Assembly (NCBI GenBank): GCA_963805685.1
Contig: CAWDVM010000012.1
Coordinates: 31,614-95,613 of the forward strand
Reading direction: 5' to 3'
DNA: 64,000 nucleotides
Source: an uncultured Actinomycetota bacterium
GTDB lineage: Bacteria; Actinomycetota; Actinomycetes; Propionibacteriales; Nocardioidaceae
Both the position numbers and the translations under genes were made by a program. Below are positions 11,006 to 21,161 of the stretch, in pieces. The notes below the pieces were generated by a model. That model was given only the letters and a program-made list of their open reading frames with translations. It was not told the DNA's origin and made no database searches. Every line of letters starts with the position of its first letter. The first letter of the stretch is position 1.

Positions 11006-12445
11006 TCAGTCTCCCAGTTCGGCCCGGCGACGGACGACGTACTCCTCCAGCTCTTGGCGGATCGCGTCGTCGAGCGGCGGCTGCTCGTACTCCTCGAGCT
11101 TCTTCCGGTAGATCTCGCCGGCGCGGGTGGCGGTGTCCTTGGCGCCGTTGCGCATCCAGCGCTCGTAGTTCTCCGAGGACGACAGCATCGGCCGGTAGAA
11201 GCAGGTCCGGAACCGCTCCATCGTGTGCATGGCGCCGAGGAAGTGGCCGCCGTGCCCGACCTCCTGGTGGGCGTCGAAGGCCATCGAGGCCTCGTCGATC
11301 TCCAGCGGGGTGAACTCGTGCTTGAGCATCTGCACCAGCTCGACGTCGATCACGAACTTCTCGTAGCCCGCGACCAGGCCGCCCTCGAGCCAGCCGGCGG
11401 AGTGCATCACCCAGTTGGCGCCGGCGAGGAACGTCGGCAGCAGCGTCATCAGCGCCTCGTAGCCCGCCTGCGCGTCCGGCACCTGCGACGAGGTCAGCCC
11501 GCCCCCGGTGCGGAACGGCAGCCCGAAGTGCCGGGCGATCTGGCCGGTGCAGAGCAGGCCCAGCCCCGACTCCGGCGTGCCGAAGGTCGGCGAGCCCGAC
11601 TGCATGTCGATGTTGGACAGGAACGACCCGAAGATCACCGGGGCACCGGGCCGGATCAGCTGCGAGAGCGCGATCCCCGAGAGCGCCTCGGCCATCTGCT
11701 GGACCAGCGCTGCCGGGATCGTCACCGGCGACATCGCGCCCATCAGGATGAACGGCGTGAGCACGACCGGCTGGTTGGCCGCGGAGTACTCGAACTGCGC
11801 CTCCAGCATCCGGTCGTCCCAGCGCAGCGGCGAGTTGCAGTTGATCAGCGAGATGGTGGCCGGCGTCTGCTCGATCGCCTCGCGGGACCCGAAGAGGATC
11901 TCGGTCATCGCCAGGGTGTCGCGGGCGTTCACCCCGGACACGACGTTGCCCATGTAGACCTTGTCGGTCAGCGTCTGCAGGGCGTAGGTCATGTCGAGGT
12001 GACGGCTGTCCAGCGGGGTGTCGTTGGGCTCGGTGATCACCCCACCCGCCGAGTCGAGCGCACCGAAGGTCTGCGCCAGCCGGCTGAAGTTGCGGAAGTC
12101 GTCCATGGTGCCGTCGCGGCGTACGTCGCCCTCCCGGACGAACGGCGGACCGTAGACCGCCCCGAACGCCATCGCGTCCCCGCCGATGTGCAGGTCGTGG
12201 TCGTGGTTGCGGGCCTGGACGTCGAACTCGCGCGGCGCCTTCGCGACCTGCTCCAGGACGAAGTCGGGGTCGAGGAAGACCGTGTGGTCCTCGACCTTCT
12301 GGCCGGCCTCGCGGAACAGGTCCAGCGCGCGGCTGTCCAGGAACTCGACGCCGATCTCGGTGACGAGCCGGCGCCAGCCGCCGTCGAGGGTGGCCATCGC
12401 CTCCTCGGAGAGCACCTCGTAGCGCGGCATGCGATTGCGGAACAT
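11006..12445 (-). CDS. Non-pyrrolysine trimethylamine methyltransferase (MttB) family protein, probable glycine betaine:corrinoid methyltransferase
   Basis: INCNSPLRWD, GAMSPVTIPAALVQ, DMQSGSPTFGTPE, HSAGWLEGG, GHFLGAMHT; no in-frame amber codon; SD GGAGG upstream. Confidence 0.88.
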   Translation of the reverse strand: MFRNRMPRYEVLSEEAMATLDGGWRRLVTEIGVEFLDSRALDLFREAGQKVEDHTVFLDPDFVLEQVAKAPREFDVQARNHDHDLHIGGDAMAFGAVYGPPFVREGDVRRDGTMDDFRNFSRLAQTFGALDSAGGVITEPNDTPLDSRHLDMTYALQTLTDKVYMGNVVSGVNARDTLAMTEILFGSREAIEQTPATISLINCNSPLRWDDRMLEAQFEYSAANQPVVLTPFILMGAMSPVTIPAALVQQMAEALSGIALSQLIRPGAPVIFGSFLSNIDMQSGSPTFGTPESGLGLLCTGQIARHFGLPFRTGGGLTSSQVPDAQAGYEALMTLLPTFLAGANWVMHSAGWLEGGLVAGYEKFVIDVELVQMLKHEFTPLEIDEASMAFDAHQEVGHGGHFLGAMHTMERFRTCFYRPMLSSSENYERWMRNGAKDTATRAGEIYRKKLEEYEQPPLDDAIRQELEEYVVRRRAELGD

Positions 12446-12530
12446 CGAACCTCCTGCGACGGCGATTCCGGGTGGGCGCGTCCCTTGACCGCACCCTCGT
12501 CGCGATCCTAGCCTCATCATGTGGGACTTT

Positions 12531-12549
12531 GGTTCCATCATGTGGAACC
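12531..12549. promoter_or_regulatory. Palindromic operator in the divergent mttB / IclR promoter
   Basis: GGTTCCATCATGTGGAACC, a variant of the 17-bp island motif. Confidence 0.6.
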
Positions 12550-12583
12550 ACATGAGTGAATTCTTGAAGCAGGAGTCGAGGCC

Positions 12584-13365
12584 TTGAGCGAGAGCGCGAC
12601 CAGCAACGGCACGGGGACCGGCACCCAGGCCGTCGACCGCGCGGCACTGCTGGTGTCCACGGTGGTGCGCGCCGACGAGCCGCTCACCTTCGCCGACCTG
12701 CAGGAGGAGTGCGGGCTGGCGAAGTCGACGACCTCGCGGATGCTCTCGGCGCTCGAGCGCACCGGGCTGCTGGAGCGCAACGAGACCGGCTCGTACGTCG
12801 CCGGCCGGCTGTTCTGGCTGTACGCCGCGCGGCACGACCCGTGGGAGGAGCTGGTCCGCCTGGCCCGGCCGACCCTCGACGAGATCGGCGAGGACACCCA
12901 CGAGACGGTCCACCTCAGCGTCGCCCGCGGCGACCGGGTCGTCCAGGTCGTCCAGGTGGACTCGCGCTACATGCTCGGCACCCGCGACTGGACCGAGGTC
13001 GACGTCCCGGTGCACTGCTCGGCGCTGGGCAAGGTGTTCCTGGCCTACGGGGCCCTGCCGATCCCGGACGGGCCGCTGGAGCGCCCGACCGAGGCCACCC
13101 TGTCGGACGCCGACGACCTGCGCCGCGACGGCGAGCGGACCCGCCGCCGCGGCTGGGCGGTCACCGCCGACGAGCTCGAGGTCGGGCTGAGCGGCGTCGC
13201 CGTGCCGGTCTACGACCACCGCGGCCAGCTCGTCGCCGCCCTGGGCGTCTCGGGGCCCACCCCACGGATGGAGGGCCGGCTCGACGAGCTCGGCCGACAG
13301 CTCCTGGAACACGCCGCGCAGCTCTCGACCCTGCTGCGCGGCCGGACACGCAAGGAGGGCGTGGC

Positions 13366-13369
<4 letters not shown>
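12584..13369 (+). CDS. IclR-family transcriptional regulator
   Basis: QAVDRAALL, LAKSTTSRML, VHCSALGKVFL, GVSGPTPR. Confidence 0.9.
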
Positions 13370-14027
<658 letters not shown>

Positions 14028-14031
<4 letters not shown>

Positions 14032-14909
14032 CGGGGCCGGCCGAGCCGAAGGAGACGGTGCTCCGCTCCGCCACCAAGGAGGTCGTGATCGGCCACGGCC
14101 GGCGCTTCTGCCTGATCGGCGAGCGGATCAACCCCACCGGTCGCAAGCTCTTCCAGGAGCAGCTGCGCGCGGGCGACCTGTCCGCGATCGAGCGCGACGT
14201 GCACGCCCAGGTCGCCGGTGGCGCCGACGTCCTCGACGTGAACATGGGCGTCCCGCTCACCGACGAGGCCGACCTGCTGGCCCGGGCGATCCACCTCGTG
14301 CAGGAGCTCACCGACACCCCGATCTGCATCGACTCCTCGGTGGTCGAGGCGCTCGAGGCCGGGCTGTCGACGTACCGGGGCCGCGCGCTGGTCAACTCCG
14401 TCACCGCCGAGGACGACCGGATGGCGGCGATCCTCCCGCTGGTCAAGAAGTACGACGCCGCGATCATCGCGCTGCCCAACGACCACGACGAGATCCCGAT
14501 GGAGGCCGACAAGCGGCTCGAGCTGACCGCCAAGATCATCCGCGTCGCGACCGAGGAGTACGGCATCGCCGCCGCCGACATCGTCATCGACCCGCTGGCC
14601 ATGCCGATCGGGGCCGACACCTCGGTGGTGCGCACCACCCTGGAGACGATCTCGCGGATCCGCCACGACTTCGGGGTGAACATGACCCTCGGCGCCTCCA
14701 ACGTCTCCTTCGGCATGCCCGACCGCCACACCCTGGGCGCGGCGTTCCTGCCGATGGCGATGCAGGCCGGGCTGACCAGCGCGATCATGGACGCCCGGAC
14801 CCCGCAGATCGTCGACGCGGTCAAGGCCGCGGACCTGCTGCTCGACCACGACGAGTGGGGCATGGCCTGGATCGCGGCCCACCGCAAGAAGCAGGCAGCA
14901 ACGGTGTGA
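14028..14909 (+). CDS. Methylcorrinoid:tetrahydrofolate methyltransferase (pterin-binding domain)
   Basis: IGERINPTGRK, GADVLDVNMG, ICIDSS, IDPLAMP, LGASNVSFGMP. Confidence 0.9.
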
Positions 14910-15004
14910 GCACCCCACGAAGCCGCTCCCTTCGAGACGGTCGCTGCGCTCCCTCCTCAGGACAAGCGCTGCACCGCTCACGCCTCCGCGGGGACCCCGC
15001 GTGA
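14906..15004 (+). repeat. MIRU/REP-like intergenic insert flanked by a duplicated GTGA, carrying a 32-aa bridging mini-ORF
   Basis: GTGA at 14906-14909 and 15001-15004; open frame from GTG 14906 to TGA 15004; imperfect arms CCCCACGAAGCC / GCCTCCGCGGGG. Confidence 0.65.
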
Positions 15005-16978
15005 CCGACCGGGCGACCCACGATCCCGCCGACCTCCCGGGCAGCGACTTCTTCATCGACGAGGTCCGCCGGGAGGGCCTGCTCGAGCCGCCCGGCACCG
15101 AGGCGGTCCCGCACGACGGCACCGGCCGGGTCGAGCTCTCGTTCACCGTCGAGTCCGGCGGCGACGCGCCGCCGACCGAGCGCTCGGTGCGGGTGCCGCC
15201 CGGCGTCACGGTCTTCGACTCCGCGTCGTGGAACGGCATCGCCATCGACTCCACCTGCGGCGGCCACGGCACCTGCCACAAGTGCCGGGTCCGGGTCGAG
15301 GGGCCGAGCCCGGTCTCGCGCCACGACCTGCGCACCTTCACCCGCCAGCAGCTCGACGACGGGTGGCGGCTGGCCTGCCTGGTGCAGGCGACCCGCGACC
15401 TCAAGGTCGACGTACCGCCGCTGACCACGCGCCCCAAGGCCGCCACCGTCGGTGTCGGCCGGCAGGTGATCCTGCGGCCGGCCCTGCAGAAGAGGTACGT
15501 CGAGCTCGACGAGCCGACCCTGGCCGACCAGCGCACCGACCTCGACCGGCTGCTCGCCGCGATCGACGACCTGGCCCCGACCCCCGACCTGTACGTCCTG
15601 CGCCGGTTGCCCCGCGTGCTGCGCGAGGCCGACTTCAAGGTGACCGCGGTGATCGTCGACGAGACCCTCGTCGACGTGGAGCCGGGTGACACCACCGGCC
15701 GGCGCCACGCGATCGCGTTCGACCTCGGGACCACGACCGTGGTCGCGACCCTGCTCGACGTCACCACCGGCACCCCGCTCGCGGTGGCCTCGATGCTCAA
15801 CCGCCAGCAGCCCTTCGGCGGCGACGTGATCACCCGGATCAGCGCCACGATGCTCGACCCGCGGGCGCTCGACCGGCTGCAGGCCGCGGCCGGGGAGACC
15901 CTGAGCCGAGCTCGCCGCGCACGTGTGCGCCGAGGCCGGCGTCGACCCGGCCCAGGTCCACGAGGTGGCGCTGGCCGGCAACGCGACGATGACCGCGCTC
16001 GCGCTCGGCATCGACCCCGAGCCGCTCGGGGTGGCGCCGTTCGTGATGTCGACCCCGCAGCCGCCCACGGTGCTCGCCTCCGACCTGGGGCTGGAGCTGC
16101 ACCCGCGGGCCCGCGCCTACCTCTTCCCCGCCCTCGGCGCCTACGTCGGCGGCGACATCGTCGCCGGCATGCTCGCGACCGGGATGGACCGCGACAAGCG
16201 GACCCGGCTCTTCATCGACGTCGGCACCAACTGCGAGATCGTGCTCAGCGACGGCGAGCGGATCCTGTCCACCGCCGCGCCGGCCGGGCCGGCCTTCGAG
16301 GGCGGCGCGATCCGGTGCGGCATGCGCGCGGCCGACGGCGCCATCGAGGTCGTCAGGCTGGGCTCGGACGCCGGCTCCGAGGTGGAGCTCTCGGTGATCG
16401 GCGACGTCGAACCGCGGGGGCTGTGCGGCTCCGGCCTGGTCGACGCCGTCTCGGAGCTGGTGCGCGTCGGGCTGCTCGACGCCTCCGGCCGCTTCGTGCC
16501 CGACGAGAAGGCCGGCGAGATCGCCCCCGCGCTGGCCGACCGGCTCACCCGGATCGGCGAGGAGCGGGTGTTCGTGCTGCACCGGCCCGAGCCGGACGCG
16601 TCGCCCGAGGACTGCGTCGTCCTCTCCCAGCGCGACGTGCGGGAGCTGCAGTTCGCCAAGGCCGCGATCTCGACCGGCTGGACGCTGCTGCTGGAGGAGC
16701 TCGGGCTCGAGCACCGCGACGTGCAGCAGGTGCTGCTGGCCGGCTCGTTCGGCAGCTACCTCTCGCCGGCCTCGGCGATCCGGATCGGGCTGGTGCCGAA
16801 GCTGCCGGTGCTGCGCATCGTCTCGGCCGGCAACGTCGCCGGCGAGGGCGCCAAGATGGCGCTGCTCTCGGTGCGGGAGCGGGCCGGCGCACGGACGCTG
16901 CTCGAGGAGGTGACCTATGTCGAGCTCTCCGACCGCACGGACTTCAACGACCGCTTCGTCGAGCAGCTCGCGTTCTGA
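15001..16978 (+). CDS. ATP-dependent corrinoid reductive activator (RamA/RACo, 2Fe-2S + ASKHA/DUF4445); +1 frameshift near 15907
   Basis: CGGHGTCHKC...RLAC 2Fe-2S motif and FDLGTTT in the first frame; YVGGDIVAG, IDVGTNCE, GLCGSG, LAGSFG in the second frame. Confidence 0.87.
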
Positions 16979-17603
16979 GCCCACGACGTCGCGGCGCTGT
17001 GCGCTGATCGCGTGCGGCGCGCTCGCCCAGCCCGCGGCCGCGGTCGTGGAGCGGAACGGCTGGCCCGTCGACGTCCACCCGCTGCCGCCGCTGCTGCACA
17101 ACCAGCCCCAGAAGATCGCCGGCGAGGTCCGGGACCTGGCCGAGGAGCTGGCGGCGTCGTACGACGAGGTCGTGGTCGGGTACGCCGACTGCGGGACCTA
17201 CGGCGCCCTCGACGAGGTGTGCCGCGAGCTCGGGCTGCGGCGGCTCCCGGGGCTGCACTGCTACGACCTGTACGCCGGGGAGTCGCGCGTCGAGCGCCTC
17301 TTCGACGAGCAGCCCGGCACCTACCTGCTCACCGACTTCCTGGTGCGGTCCTTCGCGCGCACCGTGCTCCAGGAGCTCGGGCTGGACCGGTGGCCGGAGC
17401 TGCGCGAGGCCTACTTCGGCCACTACTCGCGCGTGGTGTGGCTGGCCCAGCGCCCCGACGACGAGCTGCGCGCGCTCGCGGAGCAGGCCGCCGCGCGGAT
17501 CGGGCTGCCGCTGACGGTCGTGGAGACCGGCGACAGCCGGCTCGAGGCCGCGCTGGCCGCGCTCGTGGCGCGGACGCAAGAGTCGCCCGCCACGCGAATC
17601 TGA
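16917..17603 (+). CDS. DUF1638-domain protein (corrinoid-system accessory)
   Basis: IACGAL, LHNQP, YADCGT, LPGLHCY, YLLTDFLVRSF; adjacent to the RamA-like gene. Start uncertain. Confidence 0.75.
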   Translation: MSSSPTARTSTTASSSSSRSEPTTSRRCALIACGALAQPAAAVVERNGWPVDVHPLPPLLHNQPQKIAGEVRDLAEELAASYDEVVVGYADCGTYGALDEVCRELGLRRLPGLHCYDLYAGESRVERLFDEQPGTYLLTDFLVRSFARTVLQELGLDRWPELREAYFGHYSRVVWLAQRPDDELRALAEQAAARIGLPLTVVETGDSRLEAALAALVARTQESPATRI

Positions 17604-17641
17604 GGGCCCGGGAAGCATCCTTCTGCCACGATGAGGAGTCG

Positions 17642-17745
17642 ATGGCCTCGCATCCGACTGCCCGCCACCTCGTACGCGCCAGGGACCTGGCCGACGCGAG
17701 GTTCGCCGAGCCGCTGACGGTCGCCGACCTGGCCCGGTCGGCCCC
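17642..17745 (+). pseudogene. Truncated N-terminal remnant of an AraC-family regulator
   Basis: SD GAGGAG then MASHPTARHLVRARDLADARFAEPLTVADLAR. Resemblance stops before the recognition helix and the frame runs antisense into metF. Confidence 0.55.
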
Positions 17746-17764
17746 CGATGCCCTGAGCTGCGTC

Positions 17765-18622
17765 CTAGGTCCCGAGGCGGTTGTGCAGCTGGACCAGCAG
17801 GTCGTTGCGCCACGCCTCGGTCTCCACGATCTGGTTGAACGTGAAGACGTGGAGCCCCTCGACCAGGGCGTCCGGCTCGCCGAGCGCCGGCGCGCACTTC
17901 TCCAGGAAGCGCTCGCCGGTGTAGCCACCGGGCGCGGCCAGCCGGGCGAAGGTGCCCTTGTGCTTGACCAGGAAGCGGGTCGACTCGCCCACGCCGATCC
18001 GGGTCGCCATCGCCAGCAGCTTGGCGCGCTCGACCGGGCCCGGGATGCCCAGCAGCAGCGGCATCGTGACGCCGCGGGAGCGCAGCCGGCGTACCCAGGA
18101 CGAGACCACGGCGGGGTCGAAGGTCAGGTTGCTGACGATGTGGGTGGCGTACTTCCGCTTGTCCCACATCGCCTGGACGGTGAGGTCGTCGTGGATGGTC
18201 GGGTGCGACTCCGGGTAGCCGGTGATCCCGACCTGGCCGAACGGGTGGCCCAGCGCGGCGAGGTCCTCGAGCAGGGCGAGGGCGTCGGGGTAGTCGCCGA
18301 CCGGCTCGGAGTCGCCGCCGGGGACGAAGATCCGGGTGATCCCCTTGCCGGTCAGCCGGTCGGCGATCTCGGCGAGCTCGGACCGGCCGCTGATCATCCG
18401 CGCCGCGAGGTGCGGGACGGCGAGGAAGCCGTGCCCGGTGAGCCGCTCGGCGAGGTCCAGGGTCGCCTCGAGGCCCTTGCTCGGCGAGGCGGTCACCGTG
18501 ACCGTGCGGTCCCGGGGCAGGTGCTCGAGGACCTTGTCCTCGGTGGTGGGCGTGGGCAGCACCTCGTAGCGGGCCTGCTCGAGCAGCCGGACCATCGTCC
18601 GCGCGACACCTTTGTTGCGCAT
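17765..18622 (-). CDS. metF: Methylenetetrahydrofolate reductase family protein
   Basis: VPHLAAR, IFVPGGD, GITGYPESHP, GLHVFTFN. Operator-like GTTGCGCATGATGCACT overlaps the start. Confidence 0.8.
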   Translation of the reverse strand: MRNKGVARTMVRLLEQARYEVLPTPTTEDKVLEHLPRDRTVTVTASPSKGLEATLDLAERLTGHGFLAVPHLAARMISGRSELAEIADRLTGKGITRIFVPGGDSEPVGDYPDALALLEDLAALGHPFGQVGITGYPESHPTIHDDLTVQAMWDKRKYATHIVSNLTFDPAVVSSWVRRLRSRGVTMPLLLGIPGPVERAKLLAMATRIGVGESTRFLVKHKGTFARLAAPGGYTGERFLEKCAPALGEPDALVEGLHVFTFNQIVETEAWRNDLLVQLHNRLGT

Positions 18623-18706
18623 GATGCACTCCGTCTCGTGATGCGCACCGACTGGGACTCATGCTAACCGCGCACCCGGCCGCGGTACAGGGTCCTCCCG
18701 ACCCGG

Positions 18707-20107
18707 TCAGCCGCGACCGCTGGGGTTGCGGATCGTCACCCAGGAGAGCCCGCCGCCGAAGGCGAGGAGCACGGCACAGACCATGACCGCGGAGCGGTAC
18801 GCCGCGTCGAAGGCGACCGGGTCGGCGTACTCGGCGCCGCTGAGCCCGACCGCCACCGGCAGGGCGGCCACCGCGAGCAGCGAGCCGGACCGGGCGACCG
18901 CGTTGTTGACCCCGCTCGCGATCCCGGCGTGCTCGTCGGGCGCCGAGGCGAGCACCGTCGCGGTGAGCGGCGCGACCATCAGCGCCAGCCCCAGCCCGAA
19001 GACGGTGAGCCCCGGGAGCACGTCGGTCCAGTAGTTCACGCCGGGTCCGGCCCGGAGGAGCAGCAGCGTGCCGCACGCCATCACCAGCGGACCCAGGGTC
19101 ATCGGCAGCCGCGGCCCGATCCGCGCGGCGAGGGCGCCGCCACGGGCGGCGAGGAAGAGCATGCAGATGGTGATGGGCAGGGTGGCGATGCCGGCGCGCA
19201 GGGGGCCGTACCCGCCGACCGTCTGCAGCTGCAGCACCAGGAAGAACAGCACCGCACCGAGCGCGGCGTACACCAGCAGCGTCATCGCGTTCGCGGCACT
19301 GAAGTTGCGGTCGGCGAAGATGCCCAGCGCGAGCATCGGGTGCCGGCTGGTCCGCTCGACCCACCAGAACCCCAGCCCGGCCAGCGCCGCCAGCCCCGCG
19401 GCCCAGGGCGCCACCGGGTCACCCCACTGGATCAGCGCGTACGTCGTACCGCCCAGCGCGAGCGTGGCCAGCAGGGCGCCGGTCACGTCGAACTCGTCCG
19501 AGGCCTCGGGATCCCGGGTGTCGGGCACCCGACGCTGGGCCACGACGACCGCCACGACCGCCACCGGCAGGTTGATCAGGAAGATCCAGCGCCAGGAGGC
19601 GTACTGCACCAGGCCGCCGCCGACGAAGGGCCCGAGCGCGGCGGCGATGCTGCCGAGGCCGGACCACGACCCGATCGCCTGCGCCCGGTCGTCGCGGTGG
19701 AAGGTCCCCTGGATCATCGCGAGGCTGCCCGGGGTCAGCAGCGCGGCGCCGGCCCCCTGCAGCACGCGGGCGACGATCAGGAACTCGGGCGTGGGCGCCA
19801 GGCCGCAGGCCAGCGAGGCGAGCGCGAACCAGACGGTCCCGATGACGAAGATCCGGCGACGGCCGAAGCGGTCGCCCAGGGACCCGCCGAGGAGGATCAG
19901 GCTGGCCAGCGAGAGCAGGTAGCCGTTGGTGATCCACTGGAGCTGGGCCAGGCTCGCGTCGAGGTCCCGGCCGATCGTGCGCAGCGCGACGTTGACGACC
20001 GTGCCGTCGAGCAGCGTCATCCCGGAGCCGAGCACGGCGGCGGTGATCACCGCGCGGCCGACGGGCGAGCCCAGTCGGACCTGTGCGCACCCGGCGACCT
20101 CGCTCAC
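18707..20107 (-). CDS. MFS transporter, DHA2 (14-TM) family
   Basis: LDGTVVNVAL, GSLGDRFGRRR, WRWIFLINLP; GTGA-coupled to the TetR gene. Confidence 0.9.
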   Translation of the reverse strand: MSEVAGCAQVRLGSPVGRAVITAAVLGSGMTLLDGTVVNVALRTIGRDLDASLAQLQWITNGYLLSLASLILLGGSLGDRFGRRRIFVIGTVWFALASLACGLAPTPEFLIVARVLQGAGAALLTPGSLAMIQGTFHRDDRAQAIGSWSGLGSIAAALGPFVGGGLVQYASWRWIFLINLPVAVVAVVVAQRRVPDTRDPEASDEFDVTGALLATLALGGTTYALIQWGDPVAPWAAGLAALAGLGFWWVERTSRHPMLALGIFADRNFSAANAMTLLVYAALGAVLFFLVLQLQTVGGYGPLRAGIATLPITICMLFLAARGGALAARIGPRLPMTLGPLVMACGTLLLLRAGPGVNYWTDVLPGLTVFGLGLALMVAPLTATVLASAPDEHAGIASGVNNAVARSGSLLAVAALPVAVGLSGAEYADPVAFDAAYRSAVMVCAVLLAFGGGLSWVTIRNPSGRG

Positions 20108-20700
20108 GGGCTTCGCAGCACCCGCGCCGAGATCCAGGCGATGTCGTCGGCCGTGCGCTCGGGCGGGCCCGAGGGCTGCATGACGTGGCTGAGCACCACC
20201 CGGACCACCATGTCGATCGCGGCCTCGAGGTGGTCGTCGTCCAGCCCCAGCCGGTAGGGCTCGATCCGGTCGGCGACGACGATCTTGGCCGCGGCCAGCA
20301 ACGACTCCGCGTGCGTGGTGAGCAGCGGGAGGAGCTCGGTGTCGGCGCCATGGGTCGCGGAGACCACCGCGTGCAGGAGCTGGTTGTCCTGGGCGAGCGT
20401 CAGCACCCCGCGCGAGGCCTCCCTGATCGCGGAGACCAGGTCGTCGGGGTGGGCGTCGAAGGCCAGGCTGACCACGCCGAGGAACCGGTCCAGCTCGTGC
20501 AGGATCATCGCCTCGGCGAGCCCGGGCTTGGTCCCGACCTCGTTGTAGACGGTCTGCCGGCTCACCCCGACCCGGTCCGCGATCGTCGCCATCGTGACCC
20601 GCGCCCAGCCCACCTCGCTGGTGAGGCCGACCGCCGCCTCGACGATGCGGTCGCGCATGGTGGGCGCCGCGGGGGCGGTTCGCTGCGGGGCGCTGGTCAC
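20104..20700 (-). CDS. TetR-family regulator (AlkX-like, alkB-associated)
   Basis: VTMATIADRVGVSRQTVYNEVGTK HTH; downstream of alkB; TAGACT -10 hexamer 6 nt before GTG. Confidence 0.88.
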   Translation of the reverse strand: MTSAPQRTAPAAPTMRDRIVEAAVGLTSEVGWARVTMATIADRVGVSRQTVYNEVGTKPGLAEAMILHELDRFLGVVSLAFDAHPDDLVSAIREASRGVLTLAQDNQLLHAVVSATHGADTELLPLLTTHAESLLAAAKIVVADRIEPYRLGLDDDHLEAAIDMVVRVVLSHVMQPSGPPERTADDIAWISARVLRSP

Positions 20701-20817
20701 GGAGCCAGTCTAGGAACATTCGCCGGAAGGACGGGTCCCGCGCACCAGAGCGCTCCCTCGCCCCTGCGGACCGAGGGCGCGCAAGCCAATGGCTGTGGTC
20801 CACGCGAACCCCGGACA

Positions 20818-20907
20818 GCGGTGATCTCCGGTCATCAGGTGGCTGCAGATCACCGCCATCGCAGAGCGTGGTTGATCCGATGCACCTGGTGAGTCGGATC
20901 AACCACG
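20818..20907. repeat. Two inverted REP-like hairpins with mutually complementary loops
   Basis: Stems GCGGTGATCT/AGATCACCGC (20818-20856) and CGTGGTTGATCCGA/TCGGATCAACCACG (20867-20907). Confidence 0.7.
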
Positions 20908-20969
20908 GTTGCCCGCGCCCGGCGGGCTCACGTGGGCGCGTGACCAGGGCATCCACCCCACCGCCGGAC

Positions 20970-21161
20970 CTACCCCTCCAGACCAAGCGCCTGCACCGGA
21001 CACGAAGCCACCGCCGCCGCGACCTGGGAGCGGGCCTCGGCGCCGGGCTCCTCGTCGAGCACGTGCATCACGTCCTCGTCGTCGAGCTCGAAGAACTCGT
21101 GCGCCATCGCCTCGCACATCCCGAGTCCCTCGCACCGGTCGCGGTCCACCACGATCCGCAT
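20970..21161 (-). CDS. Small single-cluster ([3Fe-4S]-type) ferredoxin
   Basis: MRIVVDRDRCEGLGMC...SCPVQAL, 63 aa; its start overlaps the alkB stop (TGATG). Confidence 0.88.
   Translation of the reverse strand: MRIVVDRDRCEGLGMCEAMAHEFFELDDEDVMHVLDEEPGAEARSQVAAAVASCPVQALGLEG

Noticed and set aside
6129-11111. 1660-aa + strand ORF
   Set aside because: Antisense shadow of betA, betB, IclR and purU in high-GC DNA; no recognisable motifs.
11006-12445. Pyrrolysine-containing MttB
   Set aside because: No in-frame TAG and no pyl genes in the window.
15900-15925. Programmed ribosomal frameshift in the RamA-like gene
   Set aside because: No slippery heptamer; the same +1 pattern appears in three unrelated genes, pointing to sequence error.
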